A stretch of 63,428 nt of DNA, counting the filler, from Reclinomonas americana ATCC 50394 (taxonomy: Eukaryota), in the NCBI GenBank assembly GCA_048213135.1. It is 11 parts of 11 records of this genome, joined end to end, with 100 filler letters (N's around TTAATTAATTAA, not from the genome) between each part and the next. Parts side by side here need not be neighbours in the genome. Positions count along the whole stretch, not along the records: positions 27,699 to 39,615 come from AFZH01019783.1; positions 39,716 to 41,839 come from AFZH01019784.1; positions 41,940 to 49,600 come from AFZH01019785.1; 8 more parts are not named here. One strand, given 5' to 3'. Position numbers and translations under genes: made by a program. Shown piece after piece: positions 34,706 through 46,774 of the stretch (position 1 is its first letter; every line of letters starts with the position of its first letter). The notes beneath the pieces were generated by a model that saw only the letters and a list, made by a program, of their open reading frames with translations, was not told where the DNA came from and did not search any database.

Positions 34706-37700
34706 TCATCGGCGACCACCCTTCTTCCGTCGGCTGTTGCCTCCGTCACTGTCGTCGCTGTCGGCGCGAGCAGTTGCAGTAGGAGCAGCAGCAGTACTGC
34801 CGCCTCTCTTCTTTGACCCACCGGTCGGCACATGCAGTGCGTGGCCAGTGGCCTTGATGTGCTGTGGGTGGTGATGAAGTGAGGAGGACGAACAGGGATG
34901 CCATAAAGGGCAAAGACGCACCTTGAACAAGCTGTTGCGTGTGTCAAACTGCTCCGTGCACACGTTGCAGCGCCACTCCTCCGGCTTCTCCTCCTCGTCG
35001 TCCTTGTTCTTGTTACGACGCCGCTTCTTCTTCTCCTTGCCGCCGCCACCACCAGCAGCAGCAGCGGTGGCATCCTCGTCATCGCTTTCCTCCACTGGAG
35101 CCGCGGCTGCCTTTTTGCCCTTGTTCTTCTTCTCCTTGCCACCACCAGCAGCAGCAGCAGTGGCCGGCGCCTCCTCGTCATCCTCGTCACTCTCCTCCAC
35201 CGGAGCCGCCGCTGCCTTCTTGCCCTTGTTCTTCTTCTCCTTGCCACCACCAGTGGTCGGCGCCTCCTCGTCACTCTCATCCACCGAAGCCGCGGCCGCT
35301 GCCTTTTTGCCCTTGTTCTTGTTCTTCTTGTTCTTGCTCTTCTTTCCGCGCTCCTCCTCTTCAGCTGCGTCGTCCTCGTCGTCGCTTACCTCCACCGAAG
35401 CCGCGGCCGCTGCCTTTTTGCCCTTGTTCTTGTTCTTCTTTCCGCGCTCCTCCTCTTCAGCTGCGTCGTCGTCCTCCTCGTCACTCTCCTCCACCGGAGC
35501 CGCCTTTTTGCCCTTGCCCTTGTTCTTCTTGTTCTTCTTCTTCTTTCCATGCTCCTCTTCAGCTCCGTCATCGTCGTCCTCGTCGCTCTTGGCCTCTGCC
35601 TCCTCCTCCCCCTTCTCCTCTGCCTCGTCGTCAGCTCCCCGCTTCGACTTGCCGCGTTGCTTCTTGTCGGCCTTCTTCTTGCGTTGTGCGCGCGACGCTG
35701 CTCCTTTCGCCGCCCCGCCCTCCCCCTCTCCCGCTTCCTCGTCGTCACTGGAGGCAGCATGCAACGCAGCCGCATGCTGCTGCTTCCGCGCCCCGCGGCG
35801 AGACGTGGGTGCCAGCAAGTCAAAATGCCGCGCTCGCCTCTCCCCCTCCTCCTCGTCACCCGACGACGTCTTGGCGGCGGTCGGCTTCGGCGGCTTCTTG
35901 CGCGACGACTTGGAGCGGGCCGTCGGCGCCACCACCTCCTCACTGCTGTCGTCGCCGTGGTGGTCCTCCCTCTTGCCCTTTTTACCCGAGTTGACCTTGG
36001 GCGATGCGGATGGCTTGGTTGTGGTGGTGGTTGTCGTAGTGCTGCTACTAGCCTTGCCGGGCTTCCTTGGTGCGTCGTCGTCGCTGCTCACGCTCTTGCC
36101 GTCCTCCTCATCCTCGTCCGAGTCGTCGCCGTGGATGCCGAGTGCCGCCACATTCTTCTTGTGCTTCTTGCTCTTTTCGTGATTCTCCCATCTGGGGTCT
36201 GGGTGGTGAGTGTGCGTCAAGCGAGGGCGTTTTTTTGGTAGAACACGAAACTGCTTGGCCGTCAAAAAACTCTTGCCGCACGCCAGGCACACAAACTCCT
36301 CGTCGTCGTCGTCCTCGTCATCGTCGTCGTCGTCGCCCTCTCCGTTCTGCTCGTCGTCGCCGCCACTGCCGGCGTCGTCGTCGGCAGCGGGGGACATGGG
36401 TGAGCGGGCGGTGCTTTTGTTTTTGGTCTTCTTTTTTCTGCGAAAGGGGGGAAGGGGAAGGGATTAGGGGAAGGGGGAATTAGGGGAAGGGGGGAAGGGG
36501 AAGGGGGGATTAGGGAAAGGGGGATTAGGGGAAGGGGGATTAGGGAAAGGGAGGAAGGGGAAGGGGGAAGGAAGAGGGAGAGATGAGAAATGTGGAAGGA
36601 GAATGCAATGGGGGAAGGAGAGATCATGGAGGGAAGGGAGAGGAGCGACGTGAGCAGGTGAAACGAAGTTTTTAGAGAGTGTGGAAGGAAGGAAGGATGC
36701 ATGCTGGGGAGGAGAGAGGGGCAACGTGAGAGAGTACAATGAGTTGTGGAAAGTGAGAGGAGTGATGTGACAAGGCGAGATGACCAGAGCAGCAAGGCGA
36801 GGATAGCAATGCTGGATGGCAAGGCGAGGAATGTGGGTATGTGAAATGAGCAATATGGGGATGAAGATGAGAGTTGTGGAAAGGTGAGATGAACAGTACG
36901 AGAAAGAGAGCGGAGCATGGAGGGAAGGTGAGACGAAACTTTTGGAGAGTGCGGAAGGAAGGATGCATGTTGGGAAGGAGAGACGGGAACTTTGGGACAG
37001 ATAGATGAACGAGCATGTTGGGAAGGAGAGACGAGCGATGTGACAAGGCGAGATGAGCAGAGCAGGAAGGCGAGGTTAGCAATGCTGGATGGCGAGGTGA
37101 GGAACGTGGGAACGTGAAATGAGCAACGTGAAGACGACGATGAGAGTTGTTGAAGGTGAGATGAACAGTACGGGAAAGAGAGAGGAGCAATGGGGGAAGG
37201 AGAGATGAGAGTTTGGGAAAGAGAGGGGAGCATGAAGGGAAGATGAGCAGTACGGAAAGCAGAGAGAAGGGAGGAGGAAAGGAGAGATGAGAGTTTGGGA
37301 AAGAAAGGGGAGCATGAAGGGAAGGCGAGAAGAAATTTAGAGATTGCGGAAGGATGGAAGCATGTCGCGAAGGAGAGATGAGAACTTTGGGACAGACAGA
37401 TAAACGAGCATGTCGGAATGGAGAGAGAAGCGACGTGACAAGGCGAGATGACCAGAGCAGCAAGGCGAGGATAGCAATGCTGGATGGCGAGGTGAGGAAG
37501 TTGGGAGCGTGAAATGAGCAACGTAGGGACGAAGATGAGAGTTGTGGAAAGGTGAGATGAACAGTACGAGAAAGAGAGAGGAGCATTTGGGAAAGAGAGG
37601 GGAGCATGGAGGGAAGGCGAGAAGCAATTTAGAGAGTGTGAAAGAAAGGAAGCATGTTGGGAAGGAGAGACGAGAACTTTGGGACAGAAAAAGAGCACGT

Positions 37701-38986
37701 TGGGAAGGAGAGAGGAGCGGTGTGGCAAGGTGAGATGACCAGAGCAGGAAGGCGAGGATTGCAATGCTGGAAGGCAAGGCGAGGAAGTCGGGAACGTGAA
37801 ATGAGCAACGGAGGGACAAAGATGAGAGTTGTGGAAAGCAGAGAGAAGCGATGAGGAAAGGAGAGATGAGCAATGGTCCGACACCAACCTCATGATGCGA
37901 ATGGACCATGGCAAAATCACGTGCCACCTGTGCCTCGTACTCTTTTTCTTCGCCCTCGTCGAGGGTCTCCAGCATTTCTGCGCAGCACGCGAAGTGAGGA
38001 GGGAGGGAGGGAGGAGAGGCAAGGATAGAGTTGGGCGCACCTTTCTTTTGCTGCAGATTGGCGCGAGAGCGCTCCTTGCGCTTCCGCTCGGCCTCCTCCT
38101 GCTTCAGCACGTTGGATTCGCGCAGGCGATCCTGGATGCGTGCGTATCGCGGGTCGCGCTTGCGCACAAAGGCCACCAGCTCGTGCACTTCGTCGTTGTA
38201 CTTGCGGCGGGCCTTGTCGATTTCGCGCTTGTTTTCTTTCTCCATGGCTCGGCGGTGGTCGCGGTTGACGGCCTGGAAACAGGGGAAGGGGGAGGATGAG
38301 GGAAAGGGAGGATTAGGGGAAGGGAGAATTAGGGGAAGGGAGGATAAGGGGAAGGGAAAAGGATAAAGATAGTGAGAGAAAGATACAGCGTTAGTGAAAC
38401 GGCAATGGAATTGGAGAGAGGGAGGGAGAGAGAAGGAGGGGGGGGGGGGGGAGCGATAGAAATGACGAGCTCACATCTACTCATTCCCACACACGCAACA
38501 TCCGTGGCATCCCACTTGCCGGCCCAGGCAAACGGCTTGCGTGACGAGAAGGCCTCCCAGAAGCCATAAAACGTCATCACGTCGTCGTCGTGCATGCCGG
38601 CGTCGCCAAACGACGGGTAGTCGCGCTCTGAGTCACCGTACACGGCATCCTCGGCGGCCAGGGTGCGGAACACAAACTCGTATGTGGAGAAATAGGTGCG
38701 CTCGTCGGCGCACTTCGACGGGTCAAAGTAGTCGAGCAGGTTGATGCCTGTGCACGCGGGTCAGCGTCTGTCACATGCGTGGAAATGGAGGGAGGGGCGA
38801 CACACCTGCGTTGGCCGATTTGTCCATGGGGTCCACTGCGGGGGGGAGGCAGGAGTGAGAAGGAGGTGGAGAGGGAGGGATTGATCGACCAGTACCTCCT
38901 CTCACAATGGCCTCGCGATGCTTGTCGTACCAGGCGCGTTCGTGGGGGTCCATGAGGATGCTGTAGGCGGCTTGGACTTCCTTGAA
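34706..38986 (-). CDS. DNAJC21: DnaJ homolog C21/Jjj1 (J-domain + two C2H2 zinc fingers), 5' partial
   Basis: [126 protein letters not shown]. Confidence 0.93.
36560..37870. repeat. Degenerate tandem repeat (~270-400 bp units) filling a DNAJC21 intron
   Basis: Block GTGACAAGGCGAGATGACCAGAGCAG..GCAATGCTGGA recurs near 36767, 37040, 37436 and 37723. Confidence 0.85.
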
Positions 38987-39510
38987 CTGGGGAGGGGGAA
39001 AGGGAGAAGGGGAAAGGGGAAGGGGATGAGAGGGGAAGGGAGGGAAAGAGATCAGGGTAAAGTTAGAGACGTGAAGTGACTTGCAGACTGAGAGCAAGTC
39101 GAGAGAAAAGACAGGGGGAGAAGGAGAGAGTACAGACGTTTAACAGCTCACAGGGAAGTGTAGAGGACGAGGAGACAGCAACATAAGGAGACAAAGAGCT
39201 GCGAGAGATATGAGAGAGATGAAAGAGAAACGGTGAGCAGGTGGAGGTAGACGAAGTAGAGAGAGGAGAGTGAGAGAGAGAAAGAGAGAGAAGACAAAGA
39301 AGACTGAGATGAAAGACGAGAACGGTAAGAGACGTGCAATGGCTCACACAGTAGTGCAAGTTGAGGAAGCGTCTGATAGAGAAAGAGGCATTGATGTGAG
39401 AGAAAGCAAGTTGAGAGGAGAGAAAGAGAGAGAGAGAAGTGGAGAGAGACGGGCAGCGACAAACAGCTCAAGAGCAAGCTGAGGGAGAACATGATAAGAG
39501 ATAAGACGAA

Positions 39511-39560
<50 letters not shown>

Positions 39561-39562
39561 GA

Positions 39563-39598
<36 letters not shown>

Positions 39599-39787
39599 GA
39601 GAGAGAGAGACGAGANNNNNNNNNNNNNNNNNNNNNNNNNNNNNNNNNNNNNNNNNNNNTTAATTAATTAANNNNNNNNNNNNNNNNNNNNNNNNNNNNN
39701 NNNNNNNNNNNNNNNCTGCGTCTCTCACGCACATGATCTCAATCTTCAATGCATCACTTGCTCGTTTGGCACTTCTCATTCTTCTCA

Positions 39788-39819
<32 letters not shown>

Positions 39820-39977
39820 GTCTCTCTGAAGTCTGTGAGAACTCCATGCTGACTAACGTTGTGTTGAGGAAGCAGTCACTGCCTCTCTCACACACACAAT
39901 CTCATTCTTCGCCACTTGCTCGTTTGGCATTTCTCATTCCTCTCTCACTCTCGCACCCTCATGCCAGCGAGAACACC

Positions 39978-41189
39978 ATGCTGACGAACGTTGCATCGAG
40001 CGTAAGCACTCACTGCCTCCGCTTGCTCTCTTTCTCCCTCCTTCCCTCTCCCTCCCTCTCTCTTTCTCCGCTTCCCTCTCACTCTTCTCTTGCGACGCAG
40101 ATCCTGCAAGGCCCCCCCGACGTGGTGTTCTCCGTGGCCATCACCCCCGACGAACAGCACCTCGTAAGTGGCGGTGAAGACTCGGTGCGAGTGTGGTCAC
40201 TGGCGAGTGGAGTCGTGGAGCGACAGTTGGATGGGCACACCAACAATGTGCTGTCTGTCGCCATCACTCCCGACGGGCGGCACATTGTCAGCGGCAGTAC
40301 GGACAAGACCGTGCGCGTGTGGTCGCTGGCGAGTGGAGTGCAAGTGCAACGGATGGACGGACACACAGATGCAGCGCGGTCTGTGGCGATCACTCCGGAC
40401 GGGCAGCACGTGGTGAGCGGGAGCTGGGACACAACGGTGCGCGTGTGGTCGTTTGCGACGGGAGAGGAGGTGCGACGGCTGGAGGGGCATGCTGATTGGG
40501 TACTGTCTGTCGCCATCACGCCCGACGGGCGACACGTGGTGAGTGGCAGTTGGGACCTGACTGTGCGCGTGTGGTTGCTGGAGAGTGGCGACGAGGTGCG
40601 ACGGCTGGAGGGGCACACTGATTTGGTGTTCTCCGTTGCCGTTACGCCCGATGGCGCGCACGTGGTGAGCGGGAGTCGGGACAAGACCGTGCGCGTGTGG
40701 TCTCTGGCGAGTGGAGAGGAGGTGCGGCGGTTGGAGGGGCACACGTCAATGGTGTTGTCGGTGGCCGTCACTCCCGACAGTCGGCACGTGGTGAGCGGGG
40801 GTGACGATAGGACGGTGCGCGTGTGGTCGCTGGAGAGTGGGGAGGAGGTGCGACGGTTGGAGGGGCACGCAAGTTATGTGAATTGTGTTGCCGTTGCGGG
40901 TGGTGGTGGTGGTGGTGGTGGTCGGTGCGAGGTGGTGAGTGGGAGTGATGATAAGACGGTGCGAGTGTGGTCGACGCCGCGGGGGTTGGCTGGGAAGGAG
41001 GCAGAGGCGGTGAGGGTGGTGGTGGGGGTGGTGAGGGGGATGTTGGTGGGGGTGGAGGAGGAGGGGGAGGGGGAGGAGAGGGAGGTGGGGGAGGGGGATG
41101 TGTGTGAGTGGATACTCGTGGAGGTGGTGATGAGGTGTTTTGTGTTGGAGGATGCGGAGGTGATTGAGAGGAGGGCGGCGGAGTGGTAG
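39978..41189 (+). CDS. Seven-repeat WD40 protein with high internal repeat identity (HET-E/HNWD-like repeats) and a short helical C-terminal tail
   Basis: Exon 1 MLTNVASS (39978-40001); intron GTAAGC..GCAG; exon 2 40101-41189 with 42-aa (126-bp) units GHTxxVxSVAITPDGxHVVSGSxDxTVRVWSLASGEEVRRLE. Confidence 0.9.
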   Translation: MLTNVASSVSTHCLRLLSFSLLPSPSLSLSPLPSHSSLATQILQGPPDVVFSVAITPDEQHLVSGGEDSVRVWSLASGVVERQLDGHTNNVLSVAITPDGRHIVSGSTDKTVRVWSLASGVQVQRMDGHTDAARSVAITPDGQHVVSGSWDTTVRVWSFATGEEVRRLEGHADWVLSVAITPDGRHVVSGSWDLTVRVWLLESGDEVRRLEGHTDLVFSVAVTPDGAHVVSGSRDKTVRVWSLASGEEVRRLEGHTSMVLSVAVTPDSRHVVSGGDDRTVRVWSLESGEEVRRLEGHASYVNCVAVAGGGGGGGGRCEVVSGSDDKTVRVWSTPRGLAGKEAEAVRVVVGVVRGMLVGVEEEGEGEEREVGEGDVCEWILVEVVMRCFVLEDAEVIERRAAEW

Positions 41190-41939
41190 ACTTCACAACA
41201 TGTGTTTTTGTGCGATTGATTCGTATCAGTCTATACCTCCGCGTACCACCTTGCCACGGACATGCGTAAGTTGGGGATATATTGGCGGTGCAATAAACCC
41301 TCATTCTGTGTTGAGAGAGTGTGTATGGTGGTGGTGTGTATGATGTTGTCATTGTACCACAGCAGCTAGCCAAGGGTTTGTCGCTCGTGCAGTGACGCAC
41401 AACCACCGTAGCTTGCTATCGCGCATTCAATTTGCAGAACGATGTCGAGAACTGTACTTCTCGCTGCATGACTGTGGTGCAGACTGCAATGCCAGTGTGC
41501 ACAGAATATCGCAAATCACACTGCTTCGCATAGAACGCAAGTTGAACATGTCGGTGCTTGCAGCGCCGGGTGCATGTTCAAAGATGGGGAAAGCTAGGAT
41601 TATCAGAGAGAAAAGAGAGGGAGAACGATGACAAGAGAGGTGGTTGCGTGAACGATACAAAGAGTCTCAAGCATGTACATGCACAAAGAGGGCGGTCTCG
41701 ATCACGGAGACTCTGCGTCACCTCTCGCACGCTTCTTCGCCGCCAACGTCGCCAACCAGCTCGGGTGAGACATGGTCCAACCTTCGAAACTTGGATCCTC
41801 CTACTGCGGCAGAGGCGCCATGCCGGTTAGCTCGAGTGANNNNNNNNNNNNNNNNNNNNNNNNNNNNNNNNNNNNNNNNNNNNTTAATTAATTAANNNNN
41901 NNNNNNNNNNNNNNNNNNNNNNNNNNNNNNNNNNNNNNN

Positions 41940-42741
41940 CGAGATTCTTGAACTCAATACTCGCTGCGGTCTGTCTCTGTCACAAGTTGGCTAGCAGTGT
42001 GTGGTAACACAGCCGCTCATTGTCTGTGTGTCTTCTCTCAGCTTGGTGGCGACGTGCAAAACACACTTGACAAGTGCTGCCGATACATTCGATTTCTCGA
42101 TGAAGACAAAGGTAATCATGCCATCATTATGGATAGGCTTACCAACGAGCTGGTGCCGCGCGCCTTCAAACTTCGTGTCAACTTCAGCAAGTACGCCAAT
42201 CGAACGAGCTCCCACATTGGGTCGCTCCTTCGTGCACTGATCTTGTTCACGGCAGCTCAGGTTGCCCCTGTTTGCTTGTGCTTCAGAGTTGACTGCGTCA
42301 CCAACTCTGTCTGTGCTCTCTGTGTCGCAGATGTTTGCTAGGGTGTACACTGTGTATAACGGGAATCACCTGGCCATCTGCGGCGCTGTCTTTGGTGGAT
42401 GTTTCTTGCTGTGGCCGTTTCAGAGAAGGTGTGCCTCTCCTTCTTGGCGTAGCGTAGAAATCACCCAGGGAAACGGAGGGGCCGGTGACGAAGAAGATAG
42501 GCCTTCAAACTGGACAAGGTCATTCTGGCTGTTTGTTGTGAGCATCTTGCCGCTGCCGTTTGTGGAGAAATTCGATGCGGATGATATGTTTGGATACTGG
42601 CCTGCAGTGAGAACTATGTGCACCGATCTTGAGAAAGTAAGTTTGGATATCAAACGTTTAGCTGTTGCCGTAAGGACGTCGGGCGGACAAGCCGGCGGGT
42701 CTCGTGTGTGGGCAACCGACGGTGACCCTTATCCACAGTAA
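41940..42741 (+). CDS. 3' part of a hypothetical protein with hydrophobic segments
   Basis: QNTLDKCCRYIRFLDEDK..LLRALILFTAAQ|MFARVYTVYNGNHLAICGAVFGGCFLLWPF.. joined by a GT-AG intron. Confidence 0.45.
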
Positions 42742-43147
42742 ACGGCGATGACACTGATCAGGATAATGGTCACATTGGCGACAATGCCTTCTTAGAGCTG
42801 TGAACCGCAATCTCGTTATCGCAGCGTAACATCAAGTCGTGTCAGCAATTGGCATACTATATCTCCCATGTACATGTGCTGCACGCAGGTCACGAAAAAA
42901 TGCTGTCGTCGTGCATAATACTCATAGTTCTCGACAGAACAAGCACTTTGAAACATCATACACCACACATGTTGGATGCTGGCAAACGTCGACGTCAGGC
43001 ACTCGTCCATAATGACCACACGCAAAAGAAACAGCAGTCATTTCCACAACACGCCCCCCACCCTCCCCGGCCACCCCGCGAGGCCTCTCGAAGAGTCATC
43101 AATCTTCATAACCCATCGTGGCATCGCAACGCGCATCGAAGTCATGA

Positions 43148-44793
43148 TCACTGATCCATCTCGACGTCTGAATCCTGGGCCGATCGCGACCCCACGGCCG
43201 TATGCACCGGCTGCTGCGGTGTCACGCGTGGCGCACAATGATTCAGAAATATTGCACCACCATTTGCACAACAAGCAAGCACGTGACTCACCAGATGAAT
43301 CGGCGCGCCAAGAGACGAGGAGAACCATGGCGTCTGTGGGTACTCGAGACCTTTCAGCTCCAACGAGGCCACGAACTCACGCAGCTGATACGCGCCATCT
43401 TCCAGCTCCTCGCGATCGGATGGGGCAGTCGCCAGTCGCTCTGTGAGTAACGCCAGAAGCCTTTGCGCTTCTTCAGTCTGAGACTTGTGAAACTCCACCG
43501 CGCGCCTCCGAACAGCACTATTCACAATCGTCAGAATAGAGTGCAGCTCACCACCCCCACGCAGTTGCTCCACCAGCGCCTCCGTGTAATGCGGTACAGG
43601 AATGTACTCTGCACCGACAGTCTGTGAGTGCACGCAAGTGCGCGACCAACAGCACACATATTTGTACAAACTATTCTCCATCACAAGTGGTGTAGACGCC
43701 ACCTTGCCGTTGGCCGTGGCGTACCCGATGAGACACCCATCGAAAAACTGTGGTGCCGTCTGGCTGCTCAATTGCCCCATAGTGGAACCCATGGAGCCAG
43801 AACGCTGCTTGACTCTTCTGCATGCAGCCAGGAGGTGTCAAAAGAAGAGAGCGTCGAACAGAATGCGCCCACAGCGCACAACAAGCAAAGCTGACCGTGG
43901 AGGAGGCATCCAATTGCGACAGCAGTCCAGCAATACGATGATGGAAACATCGCGCCCGAGTGTCGCATCCTGCAGATCGCGGACGATGCCACTAACGCTG
44001 ACCCAGTAAAGCCTTTTCTGGGAACAGATCACGAGAAGCTTAAGGTGGCAACAACGAGACACAGGCAGCCATTATAGAGACAGAATAGTCAGGTGCATTT
44101 CCGCGTAGCACACACCCATGCAACATAGACAGAGAGGATAAGAGATCTAGAGGAAAGCATGAATGCAGATATAGTCAACACGCATCGTTGTGGTGCTTGC
44201 AACTGAACGGTTAGCAACAGTGTGTGAGAGCGAGGGGGCGCATGAGAGAGAGGGGAGACAGAGAGAGATGGACAGAGAGGGACGTGTTCTGCCTGCATCC
44301 AAGTCACGTGGAAATCTGCTCACCTGGACATCCGACCAGCTATAGTCGTGGCTGCCGTATGGAATCAGATAGTTCTCATTCATCAACTGTGCACGCGACA
44401 GTCCAAGTGCACCACCTGCCCCAGCCGCAGGCCCAGCGTCGGCTGGGAGGCTCATCCCGTGGCCCACGTAGTAGAACAGTACCATATGCTGCTGATCAGC
44501 GCTAGCGGCATCGGCAGCTGGCATATCCGGGTCGCGGAAGGGGACAGAGTGGTGGATGTGCGGCACCAACGTATCGCTCCACCACTCATCAAAGTCGCCC
44601 TTCGTCTGCATCTTGTTCACGGCCGCAAAAACTTCCCAGTTAGCGTCGTGAAAGTACTCGCTCATCAGCTCTGCGTGTGGTTGAGTGCGAACAGAGGTAG
44701 ACGGCGAGAGTGAAAACAAAGGAGGAGAAACAAACCAACTGCTTTAGAGGACGTCGCATCATCAGCGACAAGAATCGCAATGCGCTTTGCCAT
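43148..44793 (-). CDS. Caspase-fold peptidase C14 (paracaspase/bacterial caspase-like), catalytic His-Cys intact
   Basis: MAKRIAILVA..; VLFYYVGHG..ENYLIP; IIVLLDCCRN; CLIGYATANGKVA; YTEALVEQL; QTPWFSSSL, all in the canonical order. Confidence 0.85.
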
Positions 44794-45014
44794 GATTGTG
44801 TGCGGAAAAATGTAGACGAGTGTGACTGTGTGCGAGCGCTCAGGTGCACACGTGTAAAGGTGAAAGGACGGACTCCAAAAAAGGCAGTGTGCGCCTCTGC
44901 AGGACGACCACAGATATCCATCTGCTCCCTCAACATGCTCACCAAGGTACAACGCACCCCGTGCACAGCTCACCTTCCCCATCTCCTCTACCTTCCCACC
45001 CTCACACCCCCCTC

Positions 45015-45876
45015 ACCATCACCCCCGACAGCCAGCACATGGTGACCAGCGGCAACACATGTGCGAGTGTGGTCTCTCGCCTGCACCACGAGTGGAGAAC
45101 AACAAGCACGCCAGTTGCACACGCACTCTACTCTGTGGCCGTCACTCCCGACGGCGCACACGTCGTGAGTGCGAGTGCAGACGTCGACGAGACCGTGTGT
45201 GTGTGTCGTCGTTTACGACTGGAGGAGAGGAGGACGAAGTGCGACGGTTCGGGGGACACGAGTGGGAAGCAACGGCCGTCGCCGTCACTCCCGACGGGCA
45301 GCACATTATCAGCGGCAGTACGGACAAGTCAGTGTGCGTGTGGTCGCTGGCGAGTGGCGACGAGGTGCGACGGTTGGAGGGGCACACGGCAGGCGTGTTG
45401 TCTGTCGCCGTCACACCACATTGGTAGCGGGAGTCGCGACATGACATGTGCGGGTGTGGTCAATGGCGAGTGGAGAGGTGGTACGACGACTGCAGGGGCA
45501 CACTGCTGCAGTGAACACTGTCGCCGTCTCGTGAGTGGCAGCGAGGACCACACTGTGCGAGTGTGGTCGCTGGCGAGTGGGGACGAGGTGCGGCGATTGG
45601 AGGGTCACGCTGGCGCGGTGCTCTGTGTGGCCGTCGCCCCCGACAATGGGCAGCACGTGGTGAGTGCGAGTGGCAGAGACAACACGATACGAGTGTGGTC
45701 GACGCCGCGCGCGTGGGCTGGCCCGACGGGAGCTCTCCGTTGCACGGACGGCCGTGTTGGCTGTGCGTGAGCTGCTTGCCGACGATGACTGTGATTGGAT
45801 GCTCGTGGAGGTGGTGATGCGGTGCTTTGTGATGGAGGATGCAGAGGTGATTGAACGGCGGGCGGTGGGATGGTAG
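45015..45876 (+). pseudogene. Degraded paralogue of the 39978-41189 WD40 gene
   Basis: WD40 fragments in shifting frames with deletions and stops; same tail WMLVEVVMRCFVMEDAEVIERRAVGW* versus WILVEVVMRCFVLEDAEVIERRAAEW*. Confidence 0.85.
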
Positions 45877-45916
45877 GAGGACAGGGGGAGACGGGGGGGA
45901 AGGTACTGTATGAAGG

Positions 45917-46330
45917 AGGCAAGCAGTCTCTTCACGGTATTGCATGCTTGTCTATGGACGGCGGTCACCTCTCGAGCACACGCTTGCGCGGTGGCACACC
46001 ATTGGTGCGTAATGTCCATCGGCGTGGTGTGTCGAAGGAGGTCGTGTGTTGTCGGCAACGATATGCACGTTTGTGGTGGAAGCAGTCTCTTCACGGAGTC
46101 TTGCGCGCTTGTCTGTGGACGGCAGTCACCCTCTTGAGCACGCGCTTGCGCGCTGCGGTGGTTCACATTTGATGCTCACCGTTTGTTGGCGTGGTGTGTC
46201 GAAGGAGGTCGTGTGTCGTCCGCAACCATAATGCACGTTCTTGGCGGAAGCAGTCTCTTCACAGAGTCTTGCATACTGCCCGGCTGCTTGTCTTCGGACG
46301 GCTGCCACCCTGAAAATCCTCTTGAGCGCT
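45917..46330. repeat. Tandem repeat, ~160-170 bp x ~2.4
   Basis: AAGCAGTCTCTTCAC at about 45921, 46080 and 46249; GGCGTGGTGTGTCGAAGGAGGTCGTGTGT occurs twice. Confidence 0.85.
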
Positions 46331-46774
46331 TCGGCCTCACCAACAACAACAACTCATCTGCACCTCAGACTCAATTGCGTGTTGCCTGGCTCTATTGGTT
46401 TTCCATATGTCTTCTGATACCAACACCTCTTGCTATCTTTCTGCATGTTTGGAATTCGGCGTCAAATCCAGCTTGTTTGCGAGCCGTGGGTGGTTTCTCT
46501 TGCAGAAACGCCAGCATTAGCCATCTCGACTTTTTCTCGAGCTCGCTCTTTTGTCATGTCTGAGTTTCTGGTGCTCACTCAAGATGTAGATCATCTTGCA
46601 GCTGTGTTGCTGTTTGGATCAGTAAGGTGTTGCTGTTATTGAATGAGGTGTCTTGCTTGGTTGCTGCTTTTCAAGTAGAAGAGCAATTGTAGCAATGGCA
46701 AGCTCATTATCTCGCGGTGATGGCACGAGCGCTCCCGGGCGCACCCTTTTTATTGCAACAGCTCGAGATCAGAA

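Noticed and set aside
34923..36182. 419-aa plus-strand ORF
   Set aside because: Antisense shadow of the Lys/Glu-rich DNAJC21 exon.
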